Source: Paraspadella gotoi (lineage: Eukaryota; Animalia; Chaetognatha). From it: a DNA stretch of 63,737 bases. Made by a program: the position numbers and the translations under genes. The notes under the pieces are model-generated. The model saw nothing but the letters and a program-made list of their open reading frames with translations, was not told the origin of the DNA and did no database searches. The stretch is from the NCBI GenBank assembly GCA_051294375.1, contig CM119271.1, positions 15,258,770 through 15,322,506 on the forward strand. The letters are read 5' to 3'. Of the stretch, positions 58,598 to 63,737 are shown piece by piece. Within the stretch, counting starts at the first letter, position 1. Each line of letters begins with the position of its first letter.

Positions 58598-59025
58598 TAA
58601 TATAATAATAAATATATATATATTAATATAATAATATGACTATAAAAGTATAAACTTATCAGAGGAGATAAATTATAATCACCCCTGAAACGATAGTCGT
58701 CTTAAACGTCTTCATGCCCTTGTAAACTTTCTGTCGTCATTGTTAACTGTCATTGTAACTGTTTCTGTCGTCGTTTTTATTCACATTTTTCTTCATTTGT
58801 GACGTAATTCCACAATATGAAAAGTAGTTAATAGTTAAATAGTTAAATAGTTAATAGTTAAATAGTTAATAGTTAAAAGTTAAATAGTTAAATAGTTAAT
58901 AGTTATATGACTTGTTGAAGAATTAGCGGAAGATGATTTTTTTCCTCTTTCGTCACGAAATCCTCTCTCTTACCGGGTGACGTCAGCGGCGCACGTGCGG
59001 ACGTCATCGCTCGTCGACAGCGAAA

Positions 59026-59075
<50 letters not shown>

Positions 59076-62000
59076 AACCGATACTACATACCTTCGATAC
59101 TTTCTGCATAAGAAGAAGAAGAAGAAAAAAAGCGATATGACGCCGACGACCATCAACCTTGATAAGAGATAACGTCGCACGGGGGCGCGCGCCACGATAA
59201 CGTCTCTCGTCCTCCCGATAACGTCTCTCGCCCCGGCAGCGATAACGTCTCTACCCTCCGCTCGGCAGAGACGACGCCAGTGGCAACGGAAGCGAGGGTG
59301 GAGAGCGGGGGAGGAGAGGGGAAAACATTTTTTTTTCTGTTTTTTTTTTTTTCTTTTTCTACCGACGACGGAATCATTGTGATTAATGGGAGGCTGGGGA
59401 ATGCTGGGTGTGAGGAAGAGGAGGAGGAGGAGGAGGAGGAGATGGAATGAAAAGGGGAGGATAAGTTGAAGGAAGGGTTATAAAAAAAAAGGTGAGAAAA
59501 GCGGTGACTGAAGGAAGAATTTAAAGAGGAAAAGAAAAGTGAGTTAGAATAGTATAAGTGGAAGATTTGAGGATAAGTTGAAAGAACATCTCGGGAAGAT
59601 AAATATTCAGTAATGAGCAGAAAAGATATAGGTTAAAACATAAGACAGTGATATAAGGAAAAGAAATCAGAAATCAAATTAATTTATCAGACAGTCCTAG
59701 TTTCAAACTAAAAAATTTAACTAAATTCCTCTGACGACGCTAAAGACTCAGTCAATAACCAAATGTATTAATAACTTTGTTAATAACATTTTTGGGGTGA
59801 AAAAGATCCGGGGAAAGAGGAGGAGGAGGAGGAGGAGGAGGAGGAAGAGGATCTTGATCAAACGACATACCTGTGACGTCAACGCCGTTGTCTTAAACTA
59901 AGAAATGACGTCTTATGTAACCAAAAAAAGAACAAATAAAAACCAGTCGTCTCTTTTCAAAAGATGATGACCTATGGGATGTATATGCTATTAATTCTTA
60001 TAAATTATCTTTTTATTTAAAGTAAATAATACTTTTTGCATTATCATTTTAAAGTAAAAAACTACTATTATTTTTTAATACTATGTATACAAATTTAATT
60101 CTTCATCAATAACAAATTAAAGATATGAGATAAGACAATTTTTTTTTCATTTTACAAACATCTTAGCGATTCGCTAGTGCGACTCAGGGCCAGGCAAACA
60201 CAAATATAATTTTTTTCCTCCTTTCAAAAAATCAACATCGTGATATTGAACTCTCGAAGTTTCACTCCATATTCAACAAAAGACGAATGGAGACGACATT
60301 CCTTGGGGTCGGTCGGTGTCGCGTTCGGTCTGCTCTGTGCTGTCTGTCTGGTCTGTCTGTGCGGTCGGTCGGGGGTCGGTCGGTTGGTCGGTCGGGGTCG
60401 GTGTCGGTCGGGGTCGGGTCGGTCGGTTCGGGGTCGGGTCGGTCGGGTCGGTCGGTCGGTCGGGTCGCGGGACGTCGGTGGTCTGGGTCGGTTCGGCTTC
60501 GTATCGGTCGGGTCTGTCGGGCAGTTCGTGCCTGGGAGTCGTCGGTCGGTCGGTCCGGCGTTCGGCTCGGCTCATCGCGTCGGGTCGCGTCTGCGGTCGG
60601 TGTCGGTCACTGCGGGGTCGGTCGGTCAGTCTTGGGTCGGCAGTCGGATCGGTCGTGCGGTCGGTCGGTCGGGTCGAGTCGTCGGAGTCGTCGGCAGTGC
60701 GCATCGGTCTCCGTGTTTTCCCAATCCTTAGTACCTTGTTCATTCTCCTGTCTTTCTTCCTTTCTCTCTCTTTTGCTCTTTCTCTCCATCCCCCTGCCTC
60801 ACCTCTAGTTCGCTCCCGCGTTCGAGTCGAAACAATAAACTGGCGCTAGATGAGAGAGTCCAGACAAGAGAGGAGAGGAGGAGAGAGAGAGAGTAGAGTG
60901 AGGGCACCGACGAAAAGGGAAGGCGACTGTGTTTGTGCTTTTGTTTGCTGATGCGCTTTTCCAAATAGCGGATCTCGAATTCATTGTTTCCAATTACGTG
61001 GGGGCCATTTCTCTCTTCTCTCGTTCTCTGTCTCGCTCCGTCTCATCGACTCTCTGCTCGCTCCGCGCGTCTATCTCTGCGTCTCGCGTGTCTCTCTCGT
61101 CTCTCTCCTCCTCTCCGTCTGCTTGCTCTCTCTCTTGCTTTCCCCCAAGCCGCTCAGGAACGCCTCAACAACCGNNNNNNNNNNNNNNNNNNNNNNNNNA
61201 CCCCCTTCAGCCCGGCGGCTTTTTGTTTATTCATTACTTCGTCACCAGTCTGCTCGGCGCCGCCACTCGTCCGCTCCTCGACGGCGCGCTAATTCAAATG
61301 CAATCGTCGACAAGAAAACAAAAACAAAAAATGCGATGTTCACTTGTTTTTTTTTCTTCGCTTCCTGCCAAAAAGACTGGCGATTGTTTGCGATGACATA
61401 AACAAACTAAACATGTTAATGAACAAACTAGAGGTGAGGACGGTTCCAAAAAGTAGGGTCTCTCTCTCACTCTCTCTAAGTTTCTCCGACTTTCCCCATC
61501 TCTCTCACAAACACACGCGCCCGGAGTAAATTGATTTTAGAACCTCNNNNNNNNNNNNNNNNNNNNNNNNNNNNNNNNNNNNNNNNNNNNNNNNNNNNNN
61601 NNNNNNNNNNNNNNNNNNNNNNNNNNNNNNNNNNNNNNNNNNNNNNNNNNNNNNNNNNNNNNNNNNNNNNNNNNNNNNNNNNNNNNNNNNNNNNNNNNNN
61701 NNNNNNNNNNNNNNNNNNNNNNNNNNNNNNNNNNNNNNNNNNNNNNNNNNNNNNNNNNNNNNNNNNNNNNNNNNNNNNNNNNNNNNNNNNNNNNNNNNNN
61801 NNNNNNNNNNNNNNNNNNNNNNNNNNNNNNNNNNNNAGAGAGAAATGTTTTGTCTTTTTTGGCCTTCCCTTCGAGGTCATACAAGTCGGGGCAACTTTAG
61901 TAATATTATTAACTTTAAAAATATTCCGCTATACTTCGAGTTGAGCGCAGTTATTAAAATTTGCGGTTTCGATCTGACGGCGACGAAAGTGACGTCTACC

Positions 62001-62377
62001 GGCGAAACCAATGGAAAACAACAACAACAATAAGTAGAACAACGTTACAAAAAACCAGTAGTGACATTAGGATTTGAAATTATTTCACATTTACGTTGAT
62101 AGGATATATCACGTATAGAGTAGACAACGTAAACGGAAAGAACTTTAACATTGTTTATTTTAGCCTTAAGCCTGGATATTAACAATATCTTTTTCTCCGC
62201 CTCATTTTCAAACCTTTTTATCAATTTTCTATCAGAATTTTATCAGGTTTTTTTTTTTTTTGTCATCCCTGTGTTTGGCGGCCTGAGAATAAATTTGGGC
62301 GCGAAGTTTTAAAAAATAAAAGAGTAAAGAGAAAATAAGAGAAAAAGAAATGAGTTGACCGGAGAGAGAAGGAAAGA

Positions 62378-62453
<76 letters not shown>

Positions 62454-62694
62454 TGAAACAAAACGAAAACAAAGAAGCTACAGAAAAAAAAAACAAGAGA
62501 AAGAAAACAAAAGAACAAAATTGTTTTTTCTTTGACCAAGAAAAAAACAGACAAATTAGGATTTAAAATATTTTAAATGTTTATATTTATAAATATCAAT
62601 TATTTGTATCTATATTCAATTTATTTATATATATTTAATTTCAACATCATATTCAATTAAAATTATATCTATTTTTTTCACTTTTAATTCACAA

Positions 62695-62744
62695 TATTAT
62701 TATTTTTATTATTATTATTATTGTTATTATTATTATTATTATTA

Positions 62745-62823
<79 letters not shown>

Positions 62824-62847
62824 GTTATTATTATTATTATTATTACT

Positions 62848-62880
<33 letters not shown>
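62695..62880. repeat. (ATT)n microsatellite
   Basis: Long, near-perfect ATT run. Confidence 0.95.
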
Positions 62881-62882
<2 letters not shown>

Positions 62883-63570
62883 CATTCTTATTCCACTAAT
62901 TTTACCCAATTCACCCACTCAATCTTTAACTAACCCGCAGCCTCGTTCGGCGCCTGACCCTCTACGTCGACGAACCACACTACACGCAGCTGCTTTTTCA
63001 ACAATTACAATCGCGAGGAGAAAATAAATTAAAGTATTAAAAAAAAGTTACATTGACTCTCTCTCTTTCTGTCTGTTTCTTTCTCTCTCTCTTTTTTTCT
63101 CCCCTCGTGGGAAAATTCACGATCAAGGTGGTGAGAACAATTTTTAATAACGATACGAATAAGATTTTTCAACGATGCGTCCCCCAAAATATCCTATTAT
63201 TAGTTATAAAATATTTATTAATAACAATATTATATATTTTAACAGATTGTGGAAAAATGCAAGAATGATTCCTTTTGGTAACTCGATAAAAAATTGTAAT
63301 AAAAAATCATGAAAAACCAATTTGCAGAGATGCAATTCTTTATTGGACGCATCTTAATAATCTCCCCTTTTTTATTCCCACAATTTAGTGGAGAAGATCA
63401 AATACAATAGAAGAGAGGGGAAGAAAGGAATAGAAAAGAAAAGATAAAAAAGAAAAGAAAGAAGGGAAAAGAAAAGAAAAGAAAGGAAAAAAAAAAGGAA
63501 AGGTGCAAAGTAAGAAATTTGTAGACTTTGTATTTGAAGCAGGTGTCCGTCGGAAAGAGAAAGAAAAGAA

Positions 63571-63606
<36 letters not shown>

Positions 63607-63737
63607 AAAAAAGAGAGAAAAAAGATAGAAAGAAAGAAAGAAAGAGATTAATTGAAGAAAAGGTTTGATACAAACGAGAGATTTTCAGCGGAAATGGTTT
63701 TGGTGAGAATTTAAGTAGAAGGTGAGTTTGACTGACA

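Noticed and set aside
60306-60700. Complex-looking GC-rich tract with several long ORFs
   Set aside because: Noisy (GGTC)n microsatellite, likely uncorrected long-read sequence.

Overview
Draft-assembly window from an animal genome (not prokaryotic), rich in microsatellites ((AG)n, (ACG)n, (GGTC)n, (AAT)n) and N-gaps. Almost all ORFs in the six-frame track are repeat-derived noise. Splicing exons by hand gives six real genes, all on the minus strand. Five form a tight head-to-tail housekeeping cluster at 20.2-31.5 kb: TRMT10C, ARF1, intronless LIN9, a multi-zinc-finger gene, and ABCE1 (truncated near a 100-N gap). Stop-to-start spacers are only 174-895 nt, which suggests a eukaryotic operon resolved by trans-splicing. 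The sixth gene is a complete Pitx homeobox gene (35.0-40.2 kb, possibly with upstream exons at 42.3-42.7 kb) with an atypical intron pattern. The gene-poor flanks hold a long-TIR MITE, a tRNA-derived SINE family, two other interspersed repeat families, minisatellites, homotypic TF-motif clusters and a ~2 kb duplication that is probably an assembly artefact. No clearly new biological system can be proven from sequence alone; the putative operon is the best lead.
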